DNA of 64,000 nucleotides from Histomonas meleagridis 2922-C6/04-290x (Eukaryota > Protista > Parabasalia): positions 1 through 64,000 of the forward strand of contig JAANOX010000062.1 of NCBI GenBank assembly GCA_020184695.1, in the 5' to 3' direction. The notes beneath the pieces were generated by a model. The model ran no database searches and was not told the DNA's origin. It saw nothing but the letters and a program-made list of their open reading frames with translations. Shown piece by piece: positions 53,601 through 64,000 of the stretch. A program made the translations under genes and the position numbers. Every line of letters starts with the position of its first letter. Position 1 is the first letter of the stretch.

Positions 53601-55332
53601 ACGGTGACTTAACCATTGATGTAATTAATGTTTTCGAAGGCTTCGAATTTAATATTAATTCGCCAATGCAATTAAACATTTTATTTAATTCGTCTGTTTC
53701 TAACTTCAAAATTGGAAACACTAAAAAGAGACAAAACTTATTCATCCAACTTTGTATGAAAGTGTTTGATACAATTAACCTAAAGAATTCCAATGTTATA
53801 TCCAAAAACTTATTATGTACAGTTAAAAATAATGAAATTGAATTCGCAATTTCGATTAATTCATTGACATTAATATCTTTTTTATTCTTTTCTTTGTTAA
53901 TATAATCAATGAATAATTTAATGTTTTTGTTTATATGTTTTTTGATCACAAATCGTTTCGGTAAACTCGTTAATAATATAAAAGAAGACTTAAAAATAGG
54001 ATCGAAAATGTTATTACATTTCCAACTTTCTTTGATGAATTTTATGATATTATCTTCGACAATAGATATTAATCCATTTCGATTTGTTGTCGAAGATGAT
54101 AAAATCGATGCAGAGACTATTGACATTCCATATATTTCATTTTTCGTCGATGGATTTGCTAAATATGTTATCGAAGTATTTAAAAACATTAATGAAAGTT
54201 CAATATCATTTTGTACTAAATCAGAAAAAAATTCGGCGCCTTTAGTTTGCGATGCATTATCTCTTTTCGTAGTAAGTTGCATCGCAAGTGCTGTTACTTC
54301 TGCTAATGTTTCATAATTAAATGATAACATTCGCATCACTTCAAAATGTTCTATGGAATTCAATTGATATTTGGCCATCTCATTGAATAATTCAGAACGG
54401 ACATCTGAACCAAGTAATGTAACTAATGTACCAATCGATTTAATATTATATTTAATGATGAAATTGAAAAGCTCTGTTCGAATCGAGTGAATGAATTCTG
54501 GTTTAAGTAACGATAGAAAACGACTTAAAATTTGATCGAAAAATTGCGGAAATTGTGAAATGACATGTAAAGCATTCAAAATATGGGGCACCCCTTTACG
54601 AACATTTAAATTTTCTTTTTCTGTGAATGAGATTTGAGAAATTGCACATTTCGAAATAACATAAACTGATTCATCAATAACAAACGGTGAAATTTGATTA
54701 GTGAAAAGTTGTTGTAGGATTTGAATTATTTTGGGAATTGATATATCTTTTGTCTTTAAAAGTTTCCGTAAAAGTTTGAGCGAAATGATTTTCGTTGGTT
54801 CATTTCCATTTAAAATTTGATATTTCGCAAAATTAAAACATCGAACTGAATATCCTTTTAATGAGTTCAACGCCGCTTTAAAACATCCGACTAAACAAAA
54901 CGCGTGTGGGAAATATCCGTAGGACTCAAATGGAGGGAGTGTTAATATGCATTCGACGACTCCGGGAGTTACAGATTTGGAATATTTACCAATGGACTTA
55001 AGCGTATAACCAGTCGCAAATATTATGGGCGGGTTTCGATTTGTGGTCATTGATGTGATTAAATTCCATATTTTGATTTTTCGATCTCCGTCATATAACT
55101 TGAGTAAATGTTCTGCAATTATAATGGAACATTGGAATGAAAGTGTTCCATTGTTTATGTTCAGACATTTGATGAGAACTTGTTCAATTGACTCAAACAA
55201 TGCATCTGATAACTTGTTTTGGGACTGAAGGATTTCATCAAATTGAAAGAGATATGGTAATATTCGCTGCTCTGGTTCAAGTAATTTCTTTTGGCTAAGA
55301 AGTTCATTGAGTTCAGCCAAAAGATTTTCCAT
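50656..55332 (-). CDS. Large HEAT-repeat protein, HEATR5/Laa1-like
   Basis: ~1560 aa helical solenoid. N-terminus (YLFQFDEIL...IIAEHLLKLY) loosely matches HEATR5; acidic DDEWEDL tail. ATG 55332. Confidence 0.55.
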   Translation of the reverse strand: MENLLAELNELLSQKKLLEPEQRILPYLFQFDEILQSQNKLSDALFESIEQVLIKCLNINNGTLSFQCSIIIAEHLLKLYDGDRKIKIWNLITSMTTNRNPPIIFATGYTLKSIGKYSKSVTPGVVECILTLPPFESYGYFPHAFCLVGCFKAALNSLKGYSVRCFNFAKYQILNGNEPTKIISLKLLRKLLKTKDISIPKIIQILQQLFTNQISPFVIDESVYVISKCAISQISFTEKENLNVRKGVPHILNALHVISQFPQFFDQILSRFLSLLKPEFIHSIRTELFNFIIKYNIKSIGTLVTLLGSDVRSELFNEMAKYQLNSIEHFEVMRMLSFNYETLAEVTALAMQLTTKRDNASQTKGAEFFSDLVQNDIELSLMFLNTSITYLANPSTKNEIYGMSIVSASILSSSTTNRNGLISIVEDNIIKFIKESWKCNNIFDPIFKSSFILLTSLPKRFVIKKHINKNIKLFIDYINKEKNKKDINVNELIEIANSISLFLTVHNKFLDITLEFFRLIVSNTFIQSWMNKFCLFLVFPILKLETDELNKMFNCIGELILNSKPSKTLITSMVKSPLVTETQLLYLTNDKIKLYPIFTEITSEDLANLLMKNFPNFFMSISEQWKIQWINWLNNICNNSIIAVVLVMTLINNEVTHKYIKKSIIYSLLKFAFSIVNDIELQLIAECVARISAIKKGVVPIIMNCIKGKKNKCVCFILSSLFSYVKFTDDIIIEEIIVLNEISNTNLIYSLHALYNLFKYHSEQLKNLPFTDSQLNFLLRLLCNNKSINPYNLYYIVKCFNVLIVTIKERILQSNSLELLFKIILKLISSYQNPYCLQSFYMCLSTVFKELKISLKEINIKYPSSKGIPLSCQIEACKAFSKMIKLINFVSDLDWLIPKVLLLIQRTNDKNAMKFICSIATNFSKFANPNKTKIKEKLLMYTKLIKICVSNGCLPETGNVRIASCESVKICMLKTTKIILPIIAKTNPLLIESIDDIITILTHSIESRNLHLQNIANPILTQVIELFKDKEVNEGTPILILYDIQFLSCVKFAFSRFDISDSCEFLLTFLDFHMKYINEKDNFDFFNIFVKGISECVSLTPNYFAIASKLCIISQKNEKLLKIIRPILSKLMNQFSNKIIEFVNLLKNEKEINKFESLFSSIFSDIICSFIWSQYILNEEIIDIKQFSRFLTQIIEQKNMKNWLIISSINGIITILKYLPEKISNKTICKSVFLIFNLYQKKNSLIKPLIIDFLIYSSAAIQKDNIETWKQLMILMNDNNFHPKIMCYLIKNSNEKIISKYALKLIGIIIEKFNENLYNFDETISLCIMLFYVAPQYNFDFMVGIIRMKPNNEKILQFKFEFLHKLLIFLAKEKNLIHFHTLSKFIWEYFNFGGMKLLIHFIRIFQEDSMRILNSKQMNKYLEDIYDDSNLIFDFTNFVQFILNEYETYIDNLDSFLTNVIMFYFRCILQYNEKDSIIMESIKIIRLISMNSGPLIRIIYKSMDKEFQEQINKIIKKFIKKKNKGSKGADLQFFGAKNYDKKSQSSDDEWEDLIVSNE

Positions 55333-56322
55333 TCTGGAAAATTTAGGGCGCCCCAAAGTAAAATGTAATAAAATGATATCGCAAATGTGTAAATATTGTG
55401 AATGGGAATGAATTTTGTTGATAAGTGTGATATATAATGTCGTAAGTTTCTTCTTTACAATTGTTTTTTGTTGGTGATTTTAAAATTGATAATTTATCAG
55501 CATTTCTTTTGTTTGGATATGTTAGAGCAATTTGAGATTCAAATTCGCATAGAACAGTTAGTGCTATAACAAAATAAAGGTGTTTTGGATATTTATGCAT
55601 TATTATTTGAAAACTGAAATTTGATCAAAAATAAAGTATCGCATACGCAGCAACCATCAATGCAAAAGCATAGAATGAGATATTAGATCATGGTAACAAG
55701 AAGCAAAAAATTCTTATTGTTAATGTAGAACGTTTAATAAGTATAATAACGGTTTCAGATTTTGAGCAAATATTGAAACATACGACAAATTTAATCGTGA
55801 TAAGGACTATTTGTTTAAAAATTAAATGGCATCGATCAGTTGATTTTCTATCACGCAATCAAGGAATGTTTTTTTACTTGATAAATTGAAGGAAATATGA
55901 AAATTTGAATATATTTAATATCTCGAAATGTAGCGCTGATATAGAGTTTAAGATTTAATCAATCATTTTATAATCCTTGAAAAATGTTTTTCCCGTAAAA
56001 TTTTGCCCTTAATGAAATAAAGATATAAAATCATTGAGTTATATCATTATAAGTATTTTCATTTCAAAACGAAATATGCCTTCCATATAAAAGGATGATT
56101 TACAGTTATTTTTACTAAAAACGTTCAAATTTTATATTTTTCTGAGTGATCGTCTGTCAATTTTTGCCAGACAGATAACCTAAATCAACCGCCAATTTTC
56201 AGTGCGTACGAATTGATTTTTCCAATGGTCCATTGTTTATCACAAAATTGAATTAAATCCCCGGAATGTGATAACTTTTTGATAGAAGCATTCCAGAATC
56301 TTAAATCCCCAAAAAAGAAGCT

Positions 56323-56892
56323 ATGAGCGACGAATTAAAGGTCAGAATTCAATGGCTACCCGGCGCAATTTTACCAGTAGTAACAAGGTATTCTGCTACG
56401 GCTGCCGACTTATCAAATCTTTTACAATTTTCATGTTTTAACAACGAAAAGGTATATTTGTTTCACAATGGAGAAGTATTAACACCTTCAATGACATTGC
56501 AAAGTCAAGGTGTTCATAAAGATGATGTTATTGAATGTAAAATTGTCAGTCAAGTTGATAAGTTTGGTCCTATCCTCCCACCAGAACGACAATCTATTGC
56601 ACGTGAAATGGCGCGTGTTTTAGATATGAGGACAGACATGACTGAACCAACAAAAGATTTCAAAAAGTCAGATTCAAATTCTTCTTATTCTTCAGACTCA
56701 GATTCATATAAATATTTGATGAATGATGACAATGACTTAACTACAGCCAATGACATATCATCAGAACCACTTCCTATTATTTGGCAAAATGATGAACAAG
56801 AAAACATTCAGTATCGAAACAAGACAAGCATTAAAAGTGAAGCACAAGCAAGTCCAGAAACGAGTAAGGGAATAGAAAAAAACATATTATGA
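56323..56892 (+). CDS. Ubiquitin-like domain protein
   Basis: VYLFHNGEVLTPSMTLQSQGVHKDDVIECKIV is a Ubl fold pattern without a terminal diGly, followed by an S/D-rich tail. Confidence 0.7.
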   Translation: MSDELKVRIQWLPGAILPVVTRYSATAADLSNLLQFSCFNNEKVYLFHNGEVLTPSMTLQSQGVHKDDVIECKIVSQVDKFGPILPPERQSIAREMARVLDMRTDMTEPTKDFKKSDSNSSYSSDSDSYKYLMNDDNDLTTANDISSEPLPIIWQNDEQENIQYRNKTSIKSEAQASPETSKGIEKNIL

Positions 56893-57153
56893 GTGAAACA
56901 TGTTTTTTAATAAATAAATTTGTTTTTCTCAAGATAGTTTTCCCTAAGTATGATTAAATAGAAACCCAAGAAGTTTGAAAATCGTGTAAATTGTCGGTAA
57001 TAGAATTTGATGATGATTTAGAAGATCTTAGAACAAAAGCAAAAATTTATTGGCACTTTTATGTCAAAAAGTTGATTACTTAAAATTCATTCAAAATATA
57101 TTGGAGCATAATGGCATTAAAATTTGCTTTGCCGCCAAAGTTTCGTGAAATGA

Positions 57154-57158
57154 TCATT
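57154..57158 (+). promoter_or_regulatory. Initiator (Inr) TCATT of histone H4
   Basis: TCATT 13 nt before the ATG, matching the trichomonad Inr consensus TCA(C/T)(T/A). Confidence 0.7.
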
Positions 57159-57170
57159 CCATAAAAATAA

Positions 57171-57476
<306 letters not shown>

Positions 57477-57654
57477 GTAATTTTTTTGAAATTAATAAAA
57501 ATCGATAAATATAAAATTTAAATTTTCATTTCGTTGCTTTAACGTAAGCGTAGAAATGGTTGCGAAATTGAGAATTCATTGTAATGTTTTTCTTTATAAT
57601 GCGCCAAAAAAAATTTTCAGTGAAATTTTTAATAATATATGTCAAAAATAACAA

Positions 57655-60600
57655 ATGGATGGAAAAGAAGCCATTTTAGATCAAATCGAACCAGTAAATT
57701 TTTCTTATTCTCATAATTCTCAATTTCCAAATTCCATTTCATTTTCAGATGTTCAAGTTGGTCTTCTTCTTGCATATTCATCTTCAAATTTAATTATTGT
57801 TTTATATGAAGGAAGAGAAATTATTTCGATATTAAACGGACATAAAAGCGATGTCTGTACCGTAGCATTTGAAAATCACGGATGCGATATTATATCATGT
57901 GATGTTGAATCAAATTGTTGTTTTTGGCATTTTCAAGATTCAACTTGGCAAAATACAAAAACAATTAAATTAGGTTCTCCTGCTACATGCATTGCATGGA
58001 ATTCAGTTCGTAGAGATATTTTTTATTCAAACAAAAATGGATTATTTAAATGTTCTCTTTCTGATTTTGGAACTAGTAGTAACAAAGCTTGTTCCAGTTC
58101 TTCTTTTTGCAGCTTTAATTTTGATGCATCTCTTTTAGCATCACATGATTTCAAAACTCTTGTAACAATATTTGTATTTTCTGTTTCTCCTTCATATACC
58201 ACTGTCATACGTCATAGCTCTCCAATTATTATGTTTGATTTTCATCCATCAAAACCTGCTTTTCTTACAATTACAAATGATTATATATTACGTATTTGGG
58301 AACTTTCACAATTTTCCACATTTTCAATTACATCTTCATTTAAAGTACCAACAATGGGTATGTTTTTACATTATCCTTTTTTAATTGATAGCAAAATGCA
58401 TGTTCCAACTAAAATCATTTTTGTCTGCCAAAACAAAATCCATAAAATTGAAATAAACGAAAATTGCCAGCCGATACAACCGCCAAAATTACCCCTTTTA
58501 GGGAAAAATGAAAAACGGAAATTATATGCTGCATATCGAACAAATTTAGGAACAGAAGCCTTTTTAATTGAAAATAATTCTATTGATATTGTGTCTAGGG
58601 AACCACGGACTTTTCTTTTCCATGATAAACCAATTATTCAATCACAATTTGCGCCGTTATCAAATTGGCTTTTTACACTTGATTCAAGTGGGATAATCAT
58701 TATATGGCCAATACTTGGCCCATATGAGAAGCCAATTATGCTAAATAAATTGGTTGGAAATGCAATTTGGATAAATTCTAATGAGTTAATATACTTAAAA
58801 GAAAATTTATTATTTTCATATAATACGAAAACTAAAGAGAAAAACGAATTCAAATTTCCTAAATTTGATTCATTTAAATCATTTTATTATGCAAAAAATT
58901 CTAAAAAGTTATATATATTAACAAATTATTCTTTAATATCTGACGAAAACGAATTTAAGTTTAATGAGAAAATTGATTTATATTCATTTTCATTAGAATA
59001 TTTAAATCAATTTTTATTAATTTTAAATGATAATGAACAAATAATTATATATTTACTTCCATCGATGAAAGTTATTAAATGTGAACAACGAAAAGGAAAA
59101 ATCGAAAAAATTTTATCAATTTCATTTTCGACGTTTATAATATATTCGAATAATGAAATTGAATTTTGGAATAATATCAATGAATGTTTTGTACTTCAAC
59201 ATAAAATCAAATTCTCTAATTTAAAAGGTTTTTATTGTCATGAGAATTTATTAAGTGGACAACTTTATGCATATGATAATGAAAACATTTATCACATATC
59301 AAATGAGATAACAAAAATTTCATCAAAACATAAAATTACAAATATGATAATTAGTGACATAAATCATTTTCTAATTATAAATCAAAATCATTTCCAAATA
59401 TTTCCTTCATTTATATTACCGAAACCAATCACAAATAATAACAATGAAGAAAATAACATAAATTATTTAATAAATTCCAATGATATTATAAACTTAAATG
59501 AAAATTTAATTGATGTAATTCAATCGACGATGTTTTATTTATTAGAATTTACGCAAATTAATAACTTAAATAATTATAAACCTCAACAAATCCCTGCGAT
59601 ACCAAATCAATATCCAATTCCAGATGCATTAAAGTTACCCGAAACAAGTAAAAATGAATTTCAAGAATATTCCAAAAAGTTATTATCAATTAAAGAAGAT
59701 ATTGACTTATTTGGAATGCGATATTTATTATCAATTATTAATCAAAGTCCAAATTCTTCATCAGTTATTTGGTGTTCATTTAGTTCACGTCAATCACAAA
59801 TTATTAAATATTTAATACCAATTATTAATACGATTAATTTATCTAAGTTTTATATCCCTATTTGTATTCATCAACATAACTTATTAGAATTAATTGTTAA
59901 GTCTGCATTAGAAAACACTTGGAAAACATTCCAAAAAGTTGATTTAGTTGCTTTATATTATATAGCAATGGGTAATCAATCAAAAATATCAAAGTTATAT
60001 AACGTTTTAGGTGATGGACCACGTTCGAATTTCTTTAGTCATGATTTTAAACAAGAGAAATGGCGTAAGAGTGCATTAAAGAATGCATATTCATCATTAT
60101 CTCATCAAAACTATGAAATGGCTGCAGCTTTATTCTTATTAGTGAATGATATTAATTCATGTATAAGTGTCATCACTGGTAAAATGCATGATTTATTAAC
60201 TGCGTTTTTGATTTTAAGATTAGTAGAAAAGTCAAATTATAACTCGAAAAATATTATAACATTTTTAAAAGATGCAAAATGGAATGATGATATAATACCA
60301 ATAATAATTTCGAACTTAATTAAGAATAATGATAATGAAATATTATTAAAAAATGTAATTTTAGAAAAGAATAAAAATAAAAATATTTCGAAATTCGGAG
60401 ATCGTCGAATTGTATTATATGAAATTTATAATTATATTACTAAGAAAAATGACATTTTATCCGAATTAATATCAAATTTATTAAACGATGGATTAATACC
60501 TTTAGCGAATTATTTAATACATTTCAATGAATGTCCATATACATTTGTTAGATCAACATTCGAAGTCGAAAATAAAGTCGAAGAAGAAGAAGAAATATCT

Positions 60601-62589
60601 GAAAAAGAAATAATGGAACCAATACAACAAGTAAAGACAACTTCTGTATTTGACTTTGGCGGTGCTAATAATTGGGACATTGATGATGATTATGATGAAA
60701 GTGATTGGAGTTCAGATTCCGAAAGTGAAAGTGATAAAAGTGAAAAAAGTGATAAAAATGAAGAAGAAAAAGTTATTATTAATGAAAAAGAAGAAGAAAA
60801 AGTTACTATTTTTAATGAATTTCTATTTTATCAATGTGAAAAATTCCAATTATTATATAATGATAAACTTAATGATGAAGAAGAAGACATTAGTTTTTGT
60901 ATATTACATTTTCATACATATATTAATAATTATCAAAAGCTTCCGAACAAATTCCAAATTTTTATCAAAGAACAATTATCATTATTCATTGATTATTGTT
61001 CGATCCAATTCTTACGATCAATACCATTACCATTAACGCCCAAACAACTAATTGATTTATGTGTATCTTTATTTGTTATGATTGATTCACATAAGAAAAT
61101 ATCACTTGATTCACAAACAATTAAATCATTACCTAATGATGGATTTGTTCATTCCATTTTATTCGGATCATTTGTAGTTTCTCTTTGGTCATATTTACAT
61201 TCATTGTTATTACAATTAATAAGTAAAACGAATGAAATAATCGATTATAATACACTCGATTATAAATCTTGTTCATTATTCGACGTCGATTTTACGTCGC
61301 CTCGTTTCCCTGATTCAGTTCCACATTTATTAATTAGCTTCTCACAAGACCCAATTTTCTACGTTTCGACATTAGAAAGAAATCGTTTGTTAATTATGTT
61401 ATTAATATTTCATAAGTTTTTAAATGAATCTTCATATTTCACTCAAAATGGTGATAAAAATTGGCAAGAATATTTAATTAATATTAGATTCGCTTCGATG
61501 TTAAGATCATTAAAATATTATCAAATAGCATTAAATTGTCCTTCAATTTTGCCTCATGAGAACTTAACTCAAAATGAAAATCTTTTAATAAATTTAATAC
61601 AAAACGAGCACGTTAATAACCGTAACCTGTTTCAAAGTATTCAGGAAAGCTCAATTCAAAAACTCGGAATACCGCCAATTTCAAGAAACGGTTTAATTTC
61701 AGTGGGTTCGTCTGAAGTTTTGCCGATACAATTCGATGAGTTGAAAACGTTCTTCGCGTTGCCATCAAATCCTAAGAACATGATTGTAAGCGCTAATAAG
61801 AAAGTTTTAAAGATCACAATCAAAGGGCCACAAAATATCGAAGTGACTGAGTTTGATAAGACGATACAACAAATTGAATTTTTCGAATTAATACCACATC
61901 CAGACTTTCACTTATTTTTAGCTGTCTCTACACAATTCTGTGTGTTGTATGACCAACAATTGGGCGTTAACTTGTACACATTCCAATCTTTAACACATGG
62001 GAAAATTTCATGTTCAGCATTTTCGACCAATGGAATGCGAATTGCAATTTGTTCGAACTATATCGACATATATAGCTTCGATTCGAGCAAATGGTGCTCT
62101 GATCCTGCGATATCCATTGACATGAAACATCAAATTATTGCGATTGCTTGGCTAAATAGTGACACTTTATTAGCGATATCAACAGTTGTCGGGTTATTTG
62201 TTGTCGACGTGTTGAATAATTTCATCATGCCAATCGAATTAGAGAAAGATTGGGGAGTAGTGACACATTTGAAAGTAGATCATAAGAATGGAATGTTAGT
62301 GTTTTGCGCGAATGGCGGAGTCGCCGGAATTTGTGACATACGGAAAAATTTTGAGAAAATTTGTATATATAATTTGGGATGTGGAATAACTTCGATTTCT
62401 TCAATCGATAATATATTCGTCATAAGTACTGATAATGGAAATGTTGTGATGTTTAACACATTAAAACCGAACGAAACTTCAACGCTGGAGGCGAAGTTTA
62501 AAATTAATAATATTCAGATATTAAATGATAGAATATTGGCATGCGGAGATGCTAATAAAATTATAAGATGGATTGCTAATAGAATATAA
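57655..62589 (+). CDS. RAV1: WD40 + Rav1p_C protein (Rav1/Rabconnectin-3alpha/DMXL-like)
   Basis: N- and C-terminal WD40 repeats; FSHDFKQEKWRKSALKNAYSSLSHQNYEMAAALFLL matches the Rav1p_C core. Confidence 0.85.
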   Translation: MDGKEAILDQIEPVNFSYSHNSQFPNSISFSDVQVGLLLAYSSSNLIIVLYEGREIISILNGHKSDVCTVAFENHGCDIISCDVESNCCFWHFQDSTWQNTKTIKLGSPATCIAWNSVRRDIFYSNKNGLFKCSLSDFGTSSNKACSSSSFCSFNFDASLLASHDFKTLVTIFVFSVSPSYTTVIRHSSPIIMFDFHPSKPAFLTITNDYILRIWELSQFSTFSITSSFKVPTMGMFLHYPFLIDSKMHVPTKIIFVCQNKIHKIEINENCQPIQPPKLPLLGKNEKRKLYAAYRTNLGTEAFLIENNSIDIVSREPRTFLFHDKPIIQSQFAPLSNWLFTLDSSGIIIIWPILGPYEKPIMLNKLVGNAIWINSNELIYLKENLLFSYNTKTKEKNEFKFPKFDSFKSFYYAKNSKKLYILTNYSLISDENEFKFNEKIDLYSFSLEYLNQFLLILNDNEQIIIYLLPSMKVIKCEQRKGKIEKILSISFSTFIIYSNNEIEFWNNINECFVLQHKIKFSNLKGFYCHENLLSGQLYAYDNENIYHISNEITKISSKHKITNMIISDINHFLIINQNHFQIFPSFILPKPITNNNNEENNINYLINSNDIINLNENLIDVIQSTMFYLLEFTQINNLNNYKPQQIPAIPNQYPIPDALKLPETSKNEFQEYSKKLLSIKEDIDLFGMRYLLSIINQSPNSSSVIWCSFSSRQSQIIKYLIPIINTINLSKFYIPICIHQHNLLELIVKSALENTWKTFQKVDLVALYYIAMGNQSKISKLYNVLGDGPRSNFFSHDFKQEKWRKSALKNAYSSLSHQNYEMAAALFLLVNDINSCISVITGKMHDLLTAFLILRLVEKSNYNSKNIITFLKDAKWNDDIIPIIISNLIKNNDNEILLKNVILEKNKNKNISKFGDRRIVLYEIYNYITKKNDILSELISNLLNDGLIPLANYLIHFNECPYTFVRSTFEVENKVEEEEEISEKEIMEPIQQVKTTSVFDFGGANNWDIDDDYDESDWSSDSESESDKSEKSDKNEEEKVIINEKEEEKVTIFNEFLFYQCEKFQLLYNDKLNDEEEDISFCILHFHTYINNYQKLPNKFQIFIKEQLSLFIDYCSIQFLRSIPLPLTPKQLIDLCVSLFVMIDSHKKISLDSQTIKSLPNDGFVHSILFGSFVVSLWSYLHSLLLQLISKTNEIIDYNTLDYKSCSLFDVDFTSPRFPDSVPHLLISFSQDPIFYVSTLERNRLLIMLLIFHKFLNESSYFTQNGDKNWQEYLINIRFASMLRSLKYYQIALNCPSILPHENLTQNENLLINLIQNEHVNNRNLFQSIQESSIQKLGIPPISRNGLISVGSSEVLPIQFDELKTFFALPSNPKNMIVSANKKVLKITIKGPQNIEVTEFDKTIQQIEFFELIPHPDFHLFLAVSTQFCVLYDQQLGVNLYTFQSLTHGKISCSAFSTNGMRIAICSNYIDIYSFDSSKWCSDPAISIDMKHQIIAIAWLNSDTLLAISTVVGLFVVDVLNNFIMPIELEKDWGVVTHLKVDHKNGMLVFCANGGVAGICDIRKNFEKICIYNLGCGITSISSIDNIFVISTDNGNVVMFNTLKPNETSTLEAKFKINNIQILNDRILACGDANKIIRWIANRI

Positions 62590-62815
62590 ACAGTTTTTTA
62601 TTTTGATTTTGGTTTTTAATTTGATATTATGAAATAATGGATTGTAAACAGCTTATTGCTTTAATTTCTTTTTTTGATATTTGATATTATGAAATGGATT
62701 GTAAACAGTTTATTGCTTTAATTTCTTTTTTTGATATTTGATATTATGAAATAATGGATTGTAAACAGTTTATTGCTTTAATTTTGGTTTTAAATCGATT
62801 TTAATATCTTATGAA
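62587..62815 (+). repeat. Tandem repeat of 57-60 bp, ~3.5 copies
   Basis: TAAACAG anchors at 62587, 62645, 62702 and 62762; TTGATATTATGAAAT at 62621, 62681 and 62738. Confidence 0.9.
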
Positions 62816-63622
62816 ATATGGAATGATAATGAATCTCAAATTGTTTTAGCTTTGTTTAAATTTTTTTCAAATGAAGCTAACAATGGATATAATGTAATGT
62901 TTAATGCTGAAAAAATGTTAAATTTTAAATATTTACAATGAACAAAAATGTACATAGACAAAAATTTTGAGCTTGTAAGCAGTTTTTGTGTTGATATCCA
63001 ATGAAATTTTTTTAAATGCATATTATACTGAACATTCTGGAAGCAAAAATTGACTCCATCATTTGTTTTTGACTAACAACTGATAGCAACTTTTTAACAT
63101 TTTGTAGGTTTTATTAAAATCGATCCTGGCAATTTTCAAAAATTTTTGTTTTTTCACATTAGCAATTTTCAGGGTTTTTTAACTAAGTCTGTTAGATATT
63201 TGAAGGACTTAAAGGCACTAAAATTTTTTCTTCGCGATAAGTCTTAACTAAAAATCAGAAATGACAGAACAATATCTCGTTCTGATAAATAATAACTACC
63301 TAATGTGTAAAATTCAACAAAAAAATTTTGGCGATAGCGAGCAAAATTATAACCGTAAAATCTATTCAATACAACTGATAAATGAATTCAAAATGTTAAA
63401 ATAGAAATATCTCGAAATTGTCTTGATGATTTCCAAAAATGCGAGAATTCTCAGGAAAAAAATCAAATGTAATGTTATATTTTATTAGTTAGTTATAAGG
63501 TCAAAATATCAATGACTGCTTTCTGTCGTCATAAAGAAGTAAACGGTTGAACTGTAATTCAAAAGTGCATTCGGCTGTCGTCACTTTTGATGACCGTTTG
63601 AATAAAACGGTGAATTTTGGCG

Positions 63623-64000
63623 ATGGAATCTGATAATTCACAGAATATCCCCATGTTTTGGGATTTAATCAATGACGTTGACAAGGCTGCTTACTTGAAG
63701 ATTCAAAACACATTGGCCTCTTCCGCTTGTAAACATAGAAGACATCATTCCAAAGCTATTAACAACGATATTTTGCTGACAATAAAATCATTTATATTAA
63801 GAGGCGATGAAGATGATTGGAAAAGATCCCTTGTTTGTGGAATTGGTTGGATTAATGACTCAGTTGTTATCAATACAAGACAATTAAGAATTCTTATATC
63901 AAAGTGTAAGTCTTCAATTAATGCAATGTTCCAAAACAGTGGGTATGTGACAGTTTCAACAACAAATGAGTTTTCAAGCGCAATGTCACAATACTATCCA
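63623..64000 (+). CDS. Initiator-binding domain (IBD, IBP39-like) protein, runs off the window
   Basis: Own translation: MESDNSQNIPMFWDL...RGDEDDWKRSLVCGIGWINDSVVINTRQLRILISKCKSSINAMF, the trichomonad IBD signature. Absent from the ORF track because no stop lies in the window. Confidence 0.88.
   Translation, partial: MESDNSQNIPMFWDLINDVDKAAYLKIQNTLASSACKHRRHHSKAINNDILLTIKSFILRGDEDDWKRSLVCGIGWINDSVVINTRQLRILISKCKSSINAMFQNSGYVTVSTTNEFSSAMSQYYP

Noticed and set aside
62587-62815. Possible CRISPR array
   Set aside because: Units are contiguous tandem copies with no unique spacers, there are no cas genes, and the context is eukaryotic.

Overview
AT-rich, gene-dense eukaryotic DNA that reads as a parabasalid (Trichomonas/Tritrichomonas-like) chromosome segment. 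This is inferred from BspA-like LRR surface proteins, DUF3447/ankyrin genes, an initiator-binding-domain (IBD) protein, Inr-type promoters, stop codons embedded in TAAA, and no evident spliceosomal introns. Conserved genes include PCNA, a MAK/ICK-type kinase, Vps16, a TRIP12/UFD4-like HECT ligase, Atg6/Beclin, a cullin, a Tim17-like protein, histone H4, Rav1/DMXL, a HEATR5-like protein, two apparently ATPase-dead CHD-like remodelers and a damaged Hsp90. Accessory content includes four BspA-like genes (three with defective starts or frameshifts), decayed ankyrin and LRR loci, a C2-TerD fusion, a bacterial-type NIF3/YqfO small protein and two short tandem arrays. The least explained signals are: (i) ankyrin repeats each interrupted by an AT-rich spacer with an exactly 21-nt ATTTGG-to-ACAG spacing; (ii) an over-represented GGGG-YR-CCCC palindrome inside coding and promoter DNA; (iii) BspA cassettes with a shared disabled start codon, swapped tails and unrelated long stop-free leaders. 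No rRNA, tRNA, CRISPR array or intact transposon was recognised. All family assignments are from motif recognition by eye, not database searches, and some indels may be assembly errors.
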